DNA from: Deltaproteobacteria bacterium
GTDB lineage: Bacteria; Desulfobacterota; Desulfobacteria; Desulfobacterales; JAHEIW01
NCBI GenBank assembly: GCA_024639185.1
Contig: JAHEIW010000003.1
Span: forward strand, 10,416-74,415
Direction of reading: 5' to 3'
Length of the DNA: 64,000 bases
Each line of letters begins with the position of its first letter. The first letter of the stretch is position 1. This document shows positions 63,020-64,000 of this stretch, piece after piece. The notes under the pieces are model-generated. The model had not been told where the DNA came from and ran no database searches. It saw nothing but the letters and a program-made list of their open reading frames with translations. The translations under genes and the position numbers were made by a program.

Positions 63020-64000
63020 TCAGCTAAAATGCTCTAAAATAATTCCTGTTCGGCTGGGCAAATAAAGGCTTAAAAAATGGGTCTTTGCCCGGGTGCCTTT
63101 TTGCGGCTGGGTTAAATGCTCCTGGCCGATTTCCAGGCGGCCGTGACCGCCGTATCGGGGATCGTCGCTGGAAAGCAGCATGCGATAGGCGCCTGGCGCG
63201 GTTTCAATGCGGTAGTCAGGGTAGGACTGTTGAGGGTGAAAATTAAAAGCAAACAAGAGGTCGGCCCGCTGAAATATGATAATCTTGTTGTCGTCGTATT
63301 CATACAGCAGGCGCAGGTTGTCGCTGTCCAGTAGATGGTGGGAAGCGGCCATCTGGATCATATCGCGGTCAAAGCATGCCAGAAATTGGTATTTTAAATT
63401 CGGATCGTCGACCAGGTGCCATTGACGGCGGGCGTAATGATACGACCAGTTGTTGCCTTCCCGGGGAAAATCGATCCATTCCGGATGACCGAATTCATTC
63501 CCCATGAAATTTAAATAACCATTGCCGGCGGTTGTCAGGGTGATCAAACGGATCATTTTTTGCAGCGCCAGGCCGCGGTCGACTTTCAAATTTTCAAAAT
63601 CGACATGCATCTGGTCGTACATATCGGCGCCGATCAAACGGAAAATGAGGGATTGGTCCCCCACCAGTGCCTGGTCGTGAGATTCGGCATAGCTGATGGT
63701 TTTTTCATCGCTGCGCCGATTGGTGAGCTCGTGCCACAAGTGCCCAAGCGGCCAATCCTCGTCAGATACTTCCTTGATCAATTTAATCCACAGATCTGGT
63801 ACGCCCATGGCAAACCGAAAGTCAAATCCAAAGCCGCCGTTGTCAGCCGCTGCAGCCAGGCCCGGCATCCCGCTGACATCCTCGGCAATTGAAATGGCAT
63901 CCGGGCGGACCGCGTGGATGACTTCATTGGCCAGCGCCAGATAAACCAGTGCATCTTCGTCTACCTGATCATTGAAATAATCATCGTAGGATGTAAAAGC
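63020..64000 (-). CDS. glgB: 1,4-alpha-glucan branching enzyme (GH13), 5' part outside the window
   Basis: AEDVSGMP, YAESHDQALVGD, YLNFMGNEFGHPEWIDFPR. Confidence 0.92.
   Translation of the reverse strand, partial: AFTSYDDYFNDQVDEDALVYLALANEVIHAVRPDAISIAEDVSGMPGLAAAADNGGFGFDFRFAMGVPDLWIKLIKEVSDEDWPLGHLWHELTNRRSDEKTISYAESHDQALVGDQSLIFRLIGADMYDQMHVDFENLKVDRGLALQKMIRLITLTTAGNGYLNFMGNEFGHPEWIDFPREGNNWSYHYARRQWHLVDDPNLKYQFLACFDRDMIQMAASHHLLDSDNLRLLYEYDDNKIIIFQRADLLFAFNFHPQQSYPDYRIETAPGAYRMLLSSDDPRYGGHGRLEIGQEHLTQPQKGTRAKTHFLSLYLPSRTGIILEHFS

Overview
Chromosomal segment of a sulfate-reducer-like Desulfobacterota (Desulfobacterales-type) bacterium; the taxon is inferred from gene content. Housekeeping genes include asnS, nadE, an archaeal-type thyA, gyrB, dnaN, pdxST with a divergent MocR regulator, and a partial glgB. 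Envelope genes include DegP, a LemA-TPM-TPM operon, alpha-2-macroglobulin, a DUF1800-like/DUF1501 pair and a lytic transglycosylase. There is also a GlrK/QseG/GlrR-like sigma54 two-component locus and an EndoQ-UvrD fusion. Most of the unexplained signal is non-coding: (1) a likely oriC upstream of dnaN with variant DnaA boxes and no adjacent dnaA; (2) a c-di-GMP-I riboswitch in front of an orphan FliD-like gene; (3) four sigma54 promoters, two sharing an enhancer motif and one followed by a structured ~210-nt leader; (4) ERIC-like palindromes sitting at stop codons, with covarying stems; (5) phased 10-bp repeat arrays next to an Arg-rich Xis-type HTH gene; (6) several short-tandem-repeat-armed inverted elements. 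An unannotated 57-aa armless HU homolog and several gene remnants are also present. No rRNA, tRNA, CRISPR array or transposase was seen. All calls were made by eye, without database searches.
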